From: Candidatus Brockarchaeota archaeon
GTDB taxonomy: Archaea > Thermoproteota > EX4484-205 > JAAOZP01
Assembly (NCBI GenBank): GCA_017601245.1
Contig: JAFNJB010000055.1
Coordinates: 56,455 to 120,454, forward strand
Direction of reading: 5' to 3'
Length of the DNA stretch: 64,000 bases
Shown: in pieces, positions 37,879 through 47,469 of the stretch
How positions within the stretch are numbered: position 1 is the first letter of the stretch
Layout of the letters: every line of letters begins with the position of its first letter
Position numbers and translations under genes: made by a program
The notes under the pieces: model-generated
What the model saw: only the letters and a program-made list of their open reading frames with translations
Database searches by the model: none
Told to the model about the DNA's origin: nothing

Positions 37879-39921
37879 TTGAAAAACATTAAAAGTTTAG
37901 TGCTAACCTCTCTTGTGATCCTGTCGTTAGTCATCTACCCCATCTTCGTCCCAGTGACAATCGTAAGGGCACAGGTTCCCAGGGAGGATACTCTCGTCGT
38001 CTCTAGTGGCTGGCAACCGGAAATTTTCAACCCCTTCTCCGGATCGCCCTGTTGGGGAACATGGCTAATGTATCCATCATTATACATGTACAGCTTTGTT
38101 TCTGATGAGCTAATACCTTACTTAGCTGAGAGCTACAGGTGGATCGACATTTACACTCTAGAAATTAAGATAAGAGATGCAGCAAAATGGTCAGATGGTA
38201 CTCCAATAACAGCTGACGACGTTAAATATACTCTTGAAGCCGGCAAGAGACTTGGCTCTCCCTGGGCGGGCGTGTGGGACTATCTGGAGAGAGTAGACGT
38301 AGTGGATTCTAAAACGGTTCGTCTAGTGACATCGGCTGCGAAGCTTAATACATTTACATTCTTACAAATATTATACTATCCACCCATAGTTCCAAAGCAT
38401 AGATGGGAGGTATTAGAGAAGCAATATGGTTCAAAGCTACCAACAGACTTTACAGATAGAGATCCAAAAGCAATAGTAACCGGCGGTCCATATAGAATGA
38501 AAGAATATTCAGAAGGAGAAACAGCTCTATACGAAAGAGATGACAATTGGTGGGGCAAAACTATCTTTGGTCTCCCCGCACCGAAGTATATCCTACACAA
38601 GAAGTATGCTTCTAACGAGCTCGCTGCTGCAGCGTTTGAAAAAGGTGAGCTTGACTTAGCGTCACACTTCTTCGTAAACATATGGGAAATGTGGACAGTC
38701 AAAGGCAAGGCTAGGGGAACATACTTGAAGAATCCTCCATACTACTTAGGCAGCGATCACGCTCTGCTCGTAATAAACTGGAAGGAGCCTCTCATAAGCT
38801 CAGATCTTAGGAGGGCGATTGCATTTGCAATCGACTATGAAAGATTAACTCGAGTAGCTCAATGTGGATACAGTATCAAGTCTTCTCCAAGCATGGTAAA
38901 ATGGGGTATGTATGAAAAGTGGATGGATAAGGAACTAGTTGAGAAATACGGTTACTACTACGATCCAAACAAAGCCAAACAAATACTCGACGCTGCCGGC
39001 ATAAAAGATACTAATGGTAACGGAATAAGGGAAATCGGCGGTAAAGACCTAAGGCTGAAGATAGAGGTTCCGATGGGATGGACAGACTGGATGGACATGT
39101 GTAACATAATAGCAGAAAATCTAAAGGCTGTGGGTATTGACGTAAAGCCAGAATTCCCAGACTTCTCTGTTTGGGCCGATAAAATAGACAAGGGAGACTT
39201 TGACATGGTCATATTCTGGTCCGTCGGTGGAGGCGTAGACCATCCGTGGAATATATTCAGGTATACACTTGATCCGAGATTGGACAGGCCTTGGGGAGGA
39301 AACATCGCTGGATACACTAAGACAGATGCCATGCCATTAATAGACCAGGCTGCTAAGCTCAATCCAGAGAAGGACTTTATACAGCTTAAACAAATATACA
39401 GCGAACTACAGCGGATTGCCCTCACAGACCTTCCAGTCATAGTGATGTTCGAGAAGCCACTGTGGTACGAGTATGGTGAGGACTACTGGGTTGGCTTTCC
39501 AAATGAAGAGAACAAGAGATGGTTTGCTGGAATGTACACTGAATCTTGGCCAAACAATCTACCGATGCTGTTCTACATTGCTAAGAAAGGTCAGAAATCT
39601 ATCGTACCGGAGTGGATAGAAAATACAAAGTTCCCAGTGTCGAAATTGTTCAAGGATTGGGCAGTGGCTCCAACGGTTGAGCAAAGAAGAATTGAAGAAA
39701 TAGGAGAAACGTTAAGAAGTCTCAGTGGTGCTCTATCTTCCATATCTTCTCAGCTCAGTAGTGCTGTTAGCGAATTGAGTAGTGCTGTTAGCGAAGTGAA
39801 AGCGGCATCAAAGAGTACTGTTGAATCCATCAATTCAATAAACAATCTCCTAATGGTTCAAATAGTTCTTACGATCATAGTCTTGCTTGCAGTAATCTTC
39901 TTGATAGTCAGAAAGAAATAA
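37879..39921 (+). CDS. ABC transporter solute-binding protein, family 5 (Opp/Dpp; likely oligosaccharide), with C-terminal stalk and TM anchor
   Basis: PYLAESY, KWSDGTPITADDVKYT, GPY, LRRAIAFAID, YDPNKAKQILD, VPMGWTDW (seen in carbohydrate-binding family-5 SBPs). Confidence 0.93.
   Translation: MKNIKSLVLTSLVILSLVIYPIFVPVTIVRAQVPREDTLVVSSGWQPEIFNPFSGSPCWGTWLMYPSLYMYSFVSDELIPYLAESYRWIDIYTLEIKIRDAAKWSDGTPITADDVKYTLEAGKRLGSPWAGVWDYLERVDVVDSKTVRLVTSAAKLNTFTFLQILYYPPIVPKHRWEVLEKQYGSKLPTDFTDRDPKAIVTGGPYRMKEYSEGETALYERDDNWWGKTIFGLPAPKYILHKKYASNELAAAAFEKGELDLASHFFVNIWEMWTVKGKARGTYLKNPPYYLGSDHALLVINWKEPLISSDLRRAIAFAIDYERLTRVAQCGYSIKSSPSMVKWGMYEKWMDKELVEKYGYYYDPNKAKQILDAAGIKDTNGNGIREIGGKDLRLKIEVPMGWTDWMDMCNIIAENLKAVGIDVKPEFPDFSVWADKIDKGDFDMVIFWSVGGGVDHPWNIFRYTLDPRLDRPWGGNIAGYTKTDAMPLIDQAAKLNPEKDFIQLKQIYSELQRIALTDLPVIVMFEKPLWYEYGEDYWVGFPNEENKRWFAGMYTESWPNNLPMLFYIAKKGQKSIVPEWIENTKFPVSKLFKDWAVAPTVEQRRIEEIGETLRSLSGALSSISSQLSSAVSELSSAVSEVKAASKSTVESINSINNLLMVQIVLTIIVLLAVIFLIVRKK
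39757..39798 (+). repeat. 21-bp tandem duplication (AGTAGTGCTGTTAGCGAA x2) encoding an extra SSAVSE heptad
   Basis: Identical 18-mers at 39757-39774 and 39778-39795. Confidence 0.85.
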
Positions 39922-39973
39922 ATAAAAAAATAATAGAAAGAGTTATATACTACCTTTTTTCTTTTTCTATATA

Positions 39974-41014
39974 ATGTCTAGAGAAGAGAGAAAACCATTA
40001 AATCCAATGCTTATTTACTTACTTAGAAGAATGTGCTTTTTACTTGCGACGTTTTTCGTCTTCACGATAATAATATTCTCTCTTCCACGTATGATTCCAG
40101 GAAATCCATTAGCCATATTACTTAGAGATATTCTCAATAGAATGACACTTCAGCCGGAAACGATTAAGGAAATCGAGAGGAAATTACTTGAACAATACGG
40201 ATTGGATAAACCGTTACACATACAGTTCACAGATTTCGTATCTAGAATTTTTAAGGGAGATTTAGGAATTTCTTTCTATTTCCGTATACCTGTTGCGGAA
40301 GTAATCTTTTCTAGAATTCCTTGGACACTAATGCTACTCGTACCTTCGACGATAGTATCGTGGATAATAGGTAATTTCTTGGGGGCTATAGCTGCTTATA
40401 AGAGGGGGAAGGCAACTGATAACATATTGATGTCAATTTTCCTTACTCTATCTCAAGTACCATACTATTGGTTGGCAATGATATTACTCTTTATTTTTGC
40501 AGTCAGATACGAAATCTTCCCGCTTGGAGGAACTTGGGATACTAGTCGTTTCATAACCCCCTCTCTTACTTTAGAATTCATAACCGACTATTTGGCACAC
40601 TACATTCTTCCCTTTGCATCTATAGTTTTGAGTGCAATAGGCGGGTGGGCAATAGGCATGAGGGTTATGGCAATATACGAGTTGGGTTCTGATTATGTGG
40701 TATATTCTGACTCATTGGGGTTGAAGGATAGTAAAATCCTTGAGTATGTTTTTAAAAACTCCATACTGCCTCAAATCACCGGCCTCGCTTTAAACTTTGG
40801 TTCTGTAGTTGGAGGCCAACTTCTTACAGAGCTCGTTTTCAACTATAGAGGAATGGGGCGAATACTCTATGATTCCATAAATAAGCTAGATTATCCGTTG
40901 ATAGAGGGAATATTTATAATACTAATTTCTACGTTACTTATTGCAAACTTGATAGTGGATTTCATTTATGCCTATCTCGATCCTCGGGTGAGAACAGGCT
41001 ATGCAGAAGCGTAG
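39974..41014 (+). CDS. ABC transporter permease (OppB/DppB type)
   Basis: PGNP, YGLDKPL, GDLGIS, ILPQIT, ELVFNYRGMG, YAYLDPRVR. Confidence 0.95.
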   Translation: MSREERKPLNPMLIYLLRRMCFLLATFFVFTIIIFSLPRMIPGNPLAILLRDILNRMTLQPETIKEIERKLLEQYGLDKPLHIQFTDFVSRIFKGDLGISFYFRIPVAEVIFSRIPWTLMLLVPSTIVSWIIGNFLGAIAAYKRGKATDNILMSIFLTLSQVPYYWLAMILLFIFAVRYEIFPLGGTWDTSRFITPSLTLEFITDYLAHYILPFASIVLSAIGGWAIGMRVMAIYELGSDYVVYSDSLGLKDSKILEYVFKNSILPQITGLALNFGSVVGGQLLTELVFNYRGMGRILYDSINKLDYPLIEGIFIILISTLLIANLIVDFIYAYLDPRVRTGYAEA

Positions 41015-41870
41015 GAAGTTATTATTAATTCCTAAGGAGATGTTCAAGATAAAGAAATTCACATTCAGCATTAGTGTACTAGTAGTGGTTATACTCGTTG
41101 CATTAGTGGGACCACCTTTATATCCTAAGTTAAACCTTTCATTATACGCTGGCACACCCGATACTCCTCCGAGTAACGAATTTCCACTTGGTACTGATAG
41201 GAACGGTAGAGATATACTGTCCCATCTCCTTATTGGCATAAGGACATCTCTTTACGTTGGAGTTATTGCAACAATCATAGCATTAACAATAGGAATTCTC
41301 GTTGGCAGTTTTGCTGGATTCAAGGGTGGTGTAATCGACGAAATACTAATGATGATTACTAACATAATATATACTCTCCCAGCGATACTTCTGATGATAC
41401 TCATAGCCTCATACCTAAAGGAGAGGTCGCCGCTTTTTGTATCTATAGTAATTGGTGTTACATCATGGCCTTGGCTGGCCAGAGCAGTCAGAGCGCAGAT
41501 AATGAGCCTTAAGGAGAGAGAGTTTGTACAAATGTCTAAGATGTCCGGTTTGAAGGGGTATGAAATCATATTCAAGGATCTATTGCCGAATATGGCGTCT
41601 TATATATTCATGAGCGTGGCCCTATTACTCTCAATATCTATGCTTGCAGAGGCAGGGTTGAGCATGATAGGCGCAGGTATAGATCCTTCAACGGAGAGCT
41701 CGTTAGGAGTAATGCTTCAAAGAGCTCAACAAGGTGAAGCAATCCGTTTAGGAAGGTGGTGGTGCTTCGTGCCTCCTGGAATCGTACTAGTCCTTATTAC
41801 AACATCACTACTCATGCTGTCAACTTCTATAGATGAATATTTTAACCCTAGGTTGAGAGGTGGGAAGTAA
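41001..41870 (+). CDS. ABC transporter permease (OppC/DppC type)
   Basis: PLGTDRNGRD, ARAVRAQIMSLKEREFV, LLPN, FNPRLR. Confidence 0.95.
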   Translation: MQKRRKLLLIPKEMFKIKKFTFSISVLVVVILVALVGPPLYPKLNLSLYAGTPDTPPSNEFPLGTDRNGRDILSHLLIGIRTSLYVGVIATIIALTIGILVGSFAGFKGGVIDEILMMITNIIYTLPAILLMILIASYLKERSPLFVSIVIGVTSWPWLARAVRAQIMSLKEREFVQMSKMSGLKGYEIIFKDLLPNMASYIFMSVALLLSISMLAEAGLSMIGAGIDPSTESSLGVMLQRAQQGEAIRLGRWWCFVPPGIVLVLITTSLLMLSTSIDEYFNPRLRGGK

Positions 41871-42841
41871 TGAGCCTTCTCAAGGCTGAAGGCTTAAGAG
41901 CATATTACAATTCTCCAATTGGTCAAGTTAAGGCTGTTGAAGACATAAGCCTATCGGTAGAGGAAGATGACTTCATAGGTATAGCCGGAGAATCTGGCTG
42001 TGGAAAATCTACCCTTGCAAACGTTCTTATGATGAATATAAGGCCTCCTCTAAAGCTCTACGGAGGAAGGCTTTTCTTAAATGGCGAAGAAATATCGGAT
42101 AAAAGTAGGGATTATGTTAAGGAGAAATTCTGGGGTACGGTAATTTCCATCGTGCCCCAGGCTGCTTTAAACTCTTTAATGCCAACTAAGAGGACTAAGG
42201 AATTCATAATAGACGTTGTGCAGGCTCATAAGAAAATCAGTGAGAAAGAGATTATAGAGATGGCTAAGAACAAGTTCGTTGAACTCGGGCTTTCTCCAAG
42301 CGTATTAGACCTTTACCCGCATGAATTGAGTGGAGGAATGAGGCAGAGAGTGATCATAGTTGCCTCTACGATATTGAATCCTAAGGTACTCATAGCAGAT
42401 GAGCCGACGTCGGCACTCGACGTCTCAACTCAAAAACAAGTCTTAAAAATGATGTTAGACCTGCAAAGAAAGCAATCGATTAGGAGCACTATTCTCATAA
42501 CTCATGATATTGCTATACAGAGGCAGGTCTGCAATAAGCTAATAGTAATGTATGCGGGTAGAATTGTAGAGTATGGAAATGTAGATGATGTTTTGTATAA
42601 TCCCAAGCATCCGTACACAAAGGGTTTGATAAACTCGGTCCTAACACCGGAACCGGAAGTAAGGCGAAGAGGCCTGATGGCATTGTTTATACCTGGTGAG
42701 CCGCCGAATCTAGTTAATCCTCCACCGGGATGCTCTTTCCACCCCAGATGCCCGTTTGCAATGCCCAGGTGTAAATCAGAAACCCCAGGATTAACATATA
42801 GTGGTGATAGGGCTGTTGCATGCTGGCTGTATATACTCTAG
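41870..42841 (+). CDS. ABC transporter ATPase (OppD/DppD type)
   Basis: GESGCGKS, YPHELSGGMRQR, IADEPT, C-terminal GCSFHPRC...VAC. Confidence 0.95.
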   Translation: MSLLKAEGLRAYYNSPIGQVKAVEDISLSVEEDDFIGIAGESGCGKSTLANVLMMNIRPPLKLYGGRLFLNGEEISDKSRDYVKEKFWGTVISIVPQAALNSLMPTKRTKEFIIDVVQAHKKISEKEIIEMAKNKFVELGLSPSVLDLYPHELSGGMRQRVIIVASTILNPKVLIADEPTSALDVSTQKQVLKMMLDLQRKQSIRSTILITHDIAIQRQVCNKLIVMYAGRIVEYGNVDDVLYNPKHPYTKGLINSVLTPEPEVRRRGLMALFIPGEPPNLVNPPPGCSFHPRCPFAMPRCKSETPGLTYSGDRAVACWLYIL

Positions 42842-42851
42842 GTGATGAGTC

Positions 42852-43649
42852 ATGTTATCAAGTATCATTTTGAAAGTTGAGGACCTGACCAAGGTGTACG
42901 AGACTGGTCTTTTCAAGAAGAAGTACATTACTGCAGTTGACAAAGTGTCTTTCAATGTTTCAAGAGGCGAAATAGTCTCTCTAGTCGGTGAAAGCGGTAG
43001 TGGTAAAACGACTGTTGCTAAGATTATATTAAGACTCCTACCTCCCACTTCTGGAAGAGTTTTCTATAACGGTGAAGACATATGGGAGAAGAAAAGCATA
43101 GAGGATTTGAAGAAATACTGGCGTGAGGTCCATGCGGTTTTCCAAGACCCATTCGCTTCTTTCAACCCTGTTTACAAAATAGACAGAGTGTTAGAGCAGG
43201 CTTTTAACCTAATGGGTACTCCTGTTGATGAAAACGCTATTAAAGAAGCATTGAAGGAAGTTGCATTATTGCCTAGCGAGGTCTTAGGGAAGTATCCCCA
43301 TGAGCTCTCCGGAGGCCAGAGGCAGAGATTAATGATTGCAAGATGCTTCCTGCTTAAGCCAAAGCTTATCCTGGCAGACGAGCCTGTTTCCATGGTTGAT
43401 GCTTCAACTAGAGCGAGCATAGTGAACCTTTTCCTCAGATTGAGAGACGAGTATAAGACTTCAATAATCTTCATAACTCACGACCTAGGATTAGCATACT
43501 TCGTCAGCGATAGAATATTAATCATGTATAAAGGTAGAATAGTGGAAGAGGGCTCACCTGATGAGTTAATAAGCTCTCCCAAGGACGCTTATACAAGGAG
43601 CCTCTTAGAATCCGTACCTCTCTTATATGGAAAATGGGCGGGCTTCTAG
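42852..43649 (+). CDS. ABC transporter ATPase (OppF/DppF type)
   Basis: GESGSGKT, FQDP, YPHELSGGQRQR, LADEP, ITHD. Confidence 0.95.
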   Translation: MLSSIILKVEDLTKVYETGLFKKKYITAVDKVSFNVSRGEIVSLVGESGSGKTTVAKIILRLLPPTSGRVFYNGEDIWEKKSIEDLKKYWREVHAVFQDPFASFNPVYKIDRVLEQAFNLMGTPVDENAIKEALKEVALLPSEVLGKYPHELSGGQRQRLMIARCFLLKPKLILADEPVSMVDASTRASIVNLFLRLRDEYKTSIIFITHDLGLAYFVSDRILIMYKGRIVEEGSPDELISSPKDAYTRSLLESVPLLYGKWAGF

Positions 43650-43741
43650 ATTAAAAGACGAGTACGATTCATCACCATTCATCTAATACTATCGGGAAAC
43701 TAATGTTCAACTTTTAAATATGCTGAGCCCCAAATGATTTC

Positions 43742-45211
43742 ATGCAATTACCTGATAGAAATGAGCTGGAGAAAATCGGTATAGTGGCGAGTGATTCTAG
43801 TGAAACTAGGGCCAAGCTCCTCTTAGAGGAAAAACAGGAGCTTAGGGTCAGGTCTGAGGAAATAGTTGTGATCGATACTCCAAACGGGTATGTATTGGGG
43901 GTTCTTAGAAGTGGGAGCGGGGTTAATGAGGCTCTTAAAGCAAATGCTTACAGGCCTAGTGTAGCATACGCTAAGAAAGGGGGAGTGCCCTCTGGAGCCA
44001 GGGAGATATATACTTTCGAAATAATGGTGATAGGAGTGATAACAGAAAATGGGATTGAGCAGAACCGTCTGATAATACCTCCTAGGAGTAATGTTTACTT
44101 GTTTAGAAAAGGTGCTTCAAACCCTTTGGAGTATGTTGCCAGGAACAGACCAGTTATCTGGAAGGCATGTTTAGACGGTCATGAGGATTGGAAAATCCCG
44201 TTCGATAGTTCATTCTTAACATATCACATCGGCGTCTTTGGAGCGACTGGCAGCGGTAAGTCTTGGCTTACACGACATGTAATAATACCCGTCCTTCTTG
44301 AGGCGGGCTTCAAAGTCCTCGTACTGGATTGGAACGGGGAGGATTATGCTCCTTATTTCAAGGACAAGGCTATTCCAATATCGCGTTTAAAACTCGACGA
44401 GAAGGCTATTGTCAGTTACATCATGGAGAAGGCTGAATACTTCGGGTATTCAAGTTCATACAGAGATTCTAACCCGGTTAAGGAAGCCTTGGAAGATTAT
44501 GTTTCGAAAAGGTGGGAGGAGGTTTCGCAGAAAAAGCCTGAGGAAATATTCCTGGACATGAGGAGCTACTTGGACAATAGCATTAAGCAGATCGTGACTC
44601 GAGAGGATCAGAGAAAGAACGCTCTCCGCAAGATGGAGTATGGGTTTAAGAAGCTTAAACCAACTGATCTGGACGCGGTAAGAGGCTCTTTAAGCATTGA
44701 AGAATTGGTTGAAGAATTAAGCAGAGAAGAGGCGGGTATTAGAGTAATTGATATGAGCCTAGTAGGGAGTGAAGAGAAGCTATCCTTTTTCAACTCCTTG
44801 GCCAGATTCCTAGAGGAGGGGATGGAACTCGGAGAATCGCTTAACATCGCCCTCGTAATAGATGAGGGTCCCCAGTATGCTCCTTGGGAGCCTAAGGGGA
44901 TACAGGGTGAGTCAACTGAGCATATTAAGAACTTGTGTGCTTTAGGTAGGAAACATAGGCTTTGCATAGTAATAATATCACAGGGTATAGCTGGAGACAT
45001 AGGTATAAACGCCGCTGTGAGAAGGAATCTTAATACTCAATTCTTCGGAGCACTACACCCGTTGGATATGCAAGAAGCTGACAACTGGCTTAAACCCTAT
45101 GGAATACAGAGAGAGTACCTACTGTCTTTAAAACCAGGCCAGTTCTACTTCGTCGGAAAAGCCAACCCCTCGCCAATACCGCTTCTAATCTCTTTCAAAC
45201 CGGAGGGCTAG
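43742..45211 (+). CDS. herA: HerA/FtsK-family ATPase with N-terminal HAS-barrel-like domain
   Basis: HIGVFGATGSGKS, VLDWNGED, ALVIDEG, GRKHRL, IISQ; adjacent to nurA. Confidence 0.85.
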   Translation: MQLPDRNELEKIGIVASDSSETRAKLLLEEKQELRVRSEEIVVIDTPNGYVLGVLRSGSGVNEALKANAYRPSVAYAKKGGVPSGAREIYTFEIMVIGVITENGIEQNRLIIPPRSNVYLFRKGASNPLEYVARNRPVIWKACLDGHEDWKIPFDSSFLTYHIGVFGATGSGKSWLTRHVIIPVLLEAGFKVLVLDWNGEDYAPYFKDKAIPISRLKLDEKAIVSYIMEKAEYFGYSSSYRDSNPVKEALEDYVSKRWEEVSQKKPEEIFLDMRSYLDNSIKQIVTREDQRKNALRKMEYGFKKLKPTDLDAVRGSLSIEELVEELSREEAGIRVIDMSLVGSEEKLSFFNSLARFLEEGMELGESLNIALVIDEGPQYAPWEPKGIQGESTEHIKNLCALGRKHRLCIVIISQGIAGDIGINAAVRRNLNTQFFGALHPLDMQEADNWLKPYGIQREYLLSLKPGQFYFVGKANPSPIPLLISFKPEG

Positions 45212-45217
45212 TGCAGA

Positions 45218-46408
45218 GTGTCCTCTGAAACAGCATGGAGCAAGCTTCCAATAGATCTTCAAGAACAGTTCTACGATAGGGCTGAGAAAGAAGCGAGAAG
45301 GCTAGTGAAAATCATACGGGAGCTTGGTTCTCAAATAGAGGCTTTTAGAAATGAAATCGCTCCCTACATACATAGGTTTGACTTCGGGTCTTCTAAGGAA
45401 TTCTCCATAGCTGCAGTAGACGGCTCCTTTTCACCAAGGCCTGCGGAAACTATCGGAGCAAGGTTTGCAGTTTACTCAGCCGGGTTTATCATGATCAAAG
45501 GCGGGGAAATAGTTAAAGAAGGCTATCTCTCAGACGATATTCGACATGACCAATCGTATACACGAGAATTCTCCAGCGCGATTCTCCATGTTCAAGAATC
45601 TCGCTTAGAAAGGGAAGCGGCTTTGAAAGCCTTAAGCGAAAACCCAGATCTAATATTAATAGACGGTAGCTTCTTAGGCTTTGCCTATTCCCTCTTTAGG
45701 GTTAGGAGGATAATTCCGATCCCGGAATGGATAATCGAGAGGGCTAGAGAAACCCTGGAGATGACTGAGAAGCTACTCGACTCTGGAAAGTGCGCTGGAG
45801 TAGTGAAGAGGGGTAGGAGTAGGGCAATAGGCGGCTGGTTGTCTGTGAAGGAGGGCAGGAGAAATCCGTTGGTAGAATACTTGGATAAGCAGATCTTACA
45901 CTATCTTATGAAGCCTCCCGCACTCTTCAACTATATGGAGATGCTTAGAGAACCCGGGGTTCAAAGGATTTATAGCAGGGTTAGCGATTTGCTAAGCCAC
46001 AGCGTTGAGCTTAATCCTGAGAATGCTCTAGAATCCGCTAGGAAGTGGGCTATGGAGAGTCTTGTGAAAGCATTAGACGTGTCTGAGGAGAAGGCTAAAG
46101 CGTTGGAATCTAGAATAAACCGGATTCAGATAAAGGTTAGCGATGAAAACCCTCCTTTCGAGCTTGAGGTACCGGTTGGGTTTGAGGAAAAGACTCTCGA
46201 GGTTCTTCTATCTAACTCTGAGAATTTCAACATGGCTACTGGTTTACCTATGGCTATAGATCTCGTGGATGAGAACGTCACATTACCGGCTGAATTCACA
46301 AGGGAATTCGTCAGGGAGGTTGAAGCGAGGATCATTGATTTCTACGATGGTAGTCTTGGCGAAGTAAGAAACTTCTTCACTAATATGAATCCGCAGAAAG
46401 AGCTTTAA
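45218..46408 (+). CDS. nurA: NurA-family nuclease (RNase H fold)
   Basis: IAAVDGS, RLEREAA, LILIDGS, GVVKR, C-terminal GLPMAIDLVD. Confidence 0.85.
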   Translation: MSSETAWSKLPIDLQEQFYDRAEKEARRLVKIIRELGSQIEAFRNEIAPYIHRFDFGSSKEFSIAAVDGSFSPRPAETIGARFAVYSAGFIMIKGGEIVKEGYLSDDIRHDQSYTREFSSAILHVQESRLEREAALKALSENPDLILIDGSFLGFAYSLFRVRRIIPIPEWIIERARETLEMTEKLLDSGKCAGVVKRGRSRAIGGWLSVKEGRRNPLVEYLDKQILHYLMKPPALFNYMEMLREPGVQRIYSRVSDLLSHSVELNPENALESARKWAMESLVKALDVSEEKAKALESRINRIQIKVSDENPPFELEVPVGFEEKTLEVLLSNSENFNMATGLPMAIDLVDENVTLPAEFTREFVREVEARIIDFYDGSLGEVRNFFTNMNPQKEL

Positions 46409-46443
46409 CTCTTTTATATCCTGCTTACCAATGATCATTAATA

Positions 46444-47397
46444 ATGAGTTGGATCATTCTTGCGCACGGTGATTGCGACGGTATTTGTTCAGCATCGCTC
46501 GCTACAGCAGCGAAGAAGGATGTGAAAATCATTTTCACAAGCCCGGCTAACCTCTTGTTTGAGTTAAAATCTATTCCAGAGGGAAATAATGTCATAATTA
46601 TGGATGTTGCTTTAACACACAAGTACAAGAATGAAATAGTGCTGGAATTGAAAAGACTATGCTCCAGTGGAGAAGTAATATACCTTGACCATCACCCACT
46701 CCCATCTAGGTTAAGCCTTAGAAAAATTCCCGTAAAAACGATTAAGAGCAAGGGTGCATGCGCCTCTGAGTTAACATATGTATTCTTCGAAGAAGAGCTA
46801 AATCCCGAGATGAGTAGAGTCGCCATCTACGGAGCTATAGGAGATTATAGTGACAATACTCCTCGAATCAAAGAGCTCTTGAAGAAGTGGGATAAGAGAG
46901 AGCTTTACCTTGAGGCCGGGATACTTGTGGCTGCGTTGGAGGGTGTTAAGAAGAGAGATTTCGGATTCAAGAGGAATCTTGTCAACTATCTTTCTGAAAA
47001 CAGGCTTCCGAGTTCCGATAGAAACTTAGTTGAAATAGCATTGCGTGAATCTGAGAAGGATGAGAAAATGCGTCAAGTAGTTAAGAATTCGGTGAAGAGA
47101 CATGGGAGGGTAGCTTACGTAATCAACATCGGATGGTCTCTCGGAAAGGCGGCGACATACGCTAGAGCATATGCTGATGCGCTAGTGGGGGTTGCTGCAG
47201 AGGAAATCGATGAAAATATTGATATGAGCGTGAGATCAGTAAGCTTGAATAACCTCCATAAAATAGTATCTAAAGTTGCTGAGGAGCTTGGAGGCGTGGG
47301 GGGTGGTCACGCCAATGCAGCTGGGGCGAGAATCCCCAAAGGGCTCTTTCCAGAGTTTATAAGAAGGCTCGATGAAATGCTTTTGAAGAATAGTTGA
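46444..47397 (+). CDS. DHH/DHHA1 phosphoesterase (RecJ/NrnA-like)
   Basis: HGDCDG, MDVA, YLDHH, GAIGD, SVRS, GGGHANAAG. Confidence 0.92.
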   Translation: MSWIILAHGDCDGICSASLATAAKKDVKIIFTSPANLLFELKSIPEGNNVIIMDVALTHKYKNEIVLELKRLCSSGEVIYLDHHPLPSRLSLRKIPVKTIKSKGACASELTYVFFEEELNPEMSRVAIYGAIGDYSDNTPRIKELLKKWDKRELYLEAGILVAALEGVKKRDFGFKRNLVNYLSENRLPSSDRNLVEIALRESEKDEKMRQVVKNSVKRHGRVAYVINIGWSLGKAATYARAYADALVGVAAEEIDENIDMSVRSVSLNNLHKIVSKVAEELGGVGGGHANAAGARIPKGLFPEFIRRLDEMLLKNS

Positions 47398-47469
47398 AGG
47401 TTCTTCAATTAAAAAGTCAGTGCTTTCATAAAAGTTATATTTTCTGAGATTAAATAAGTATCTTGAAAA

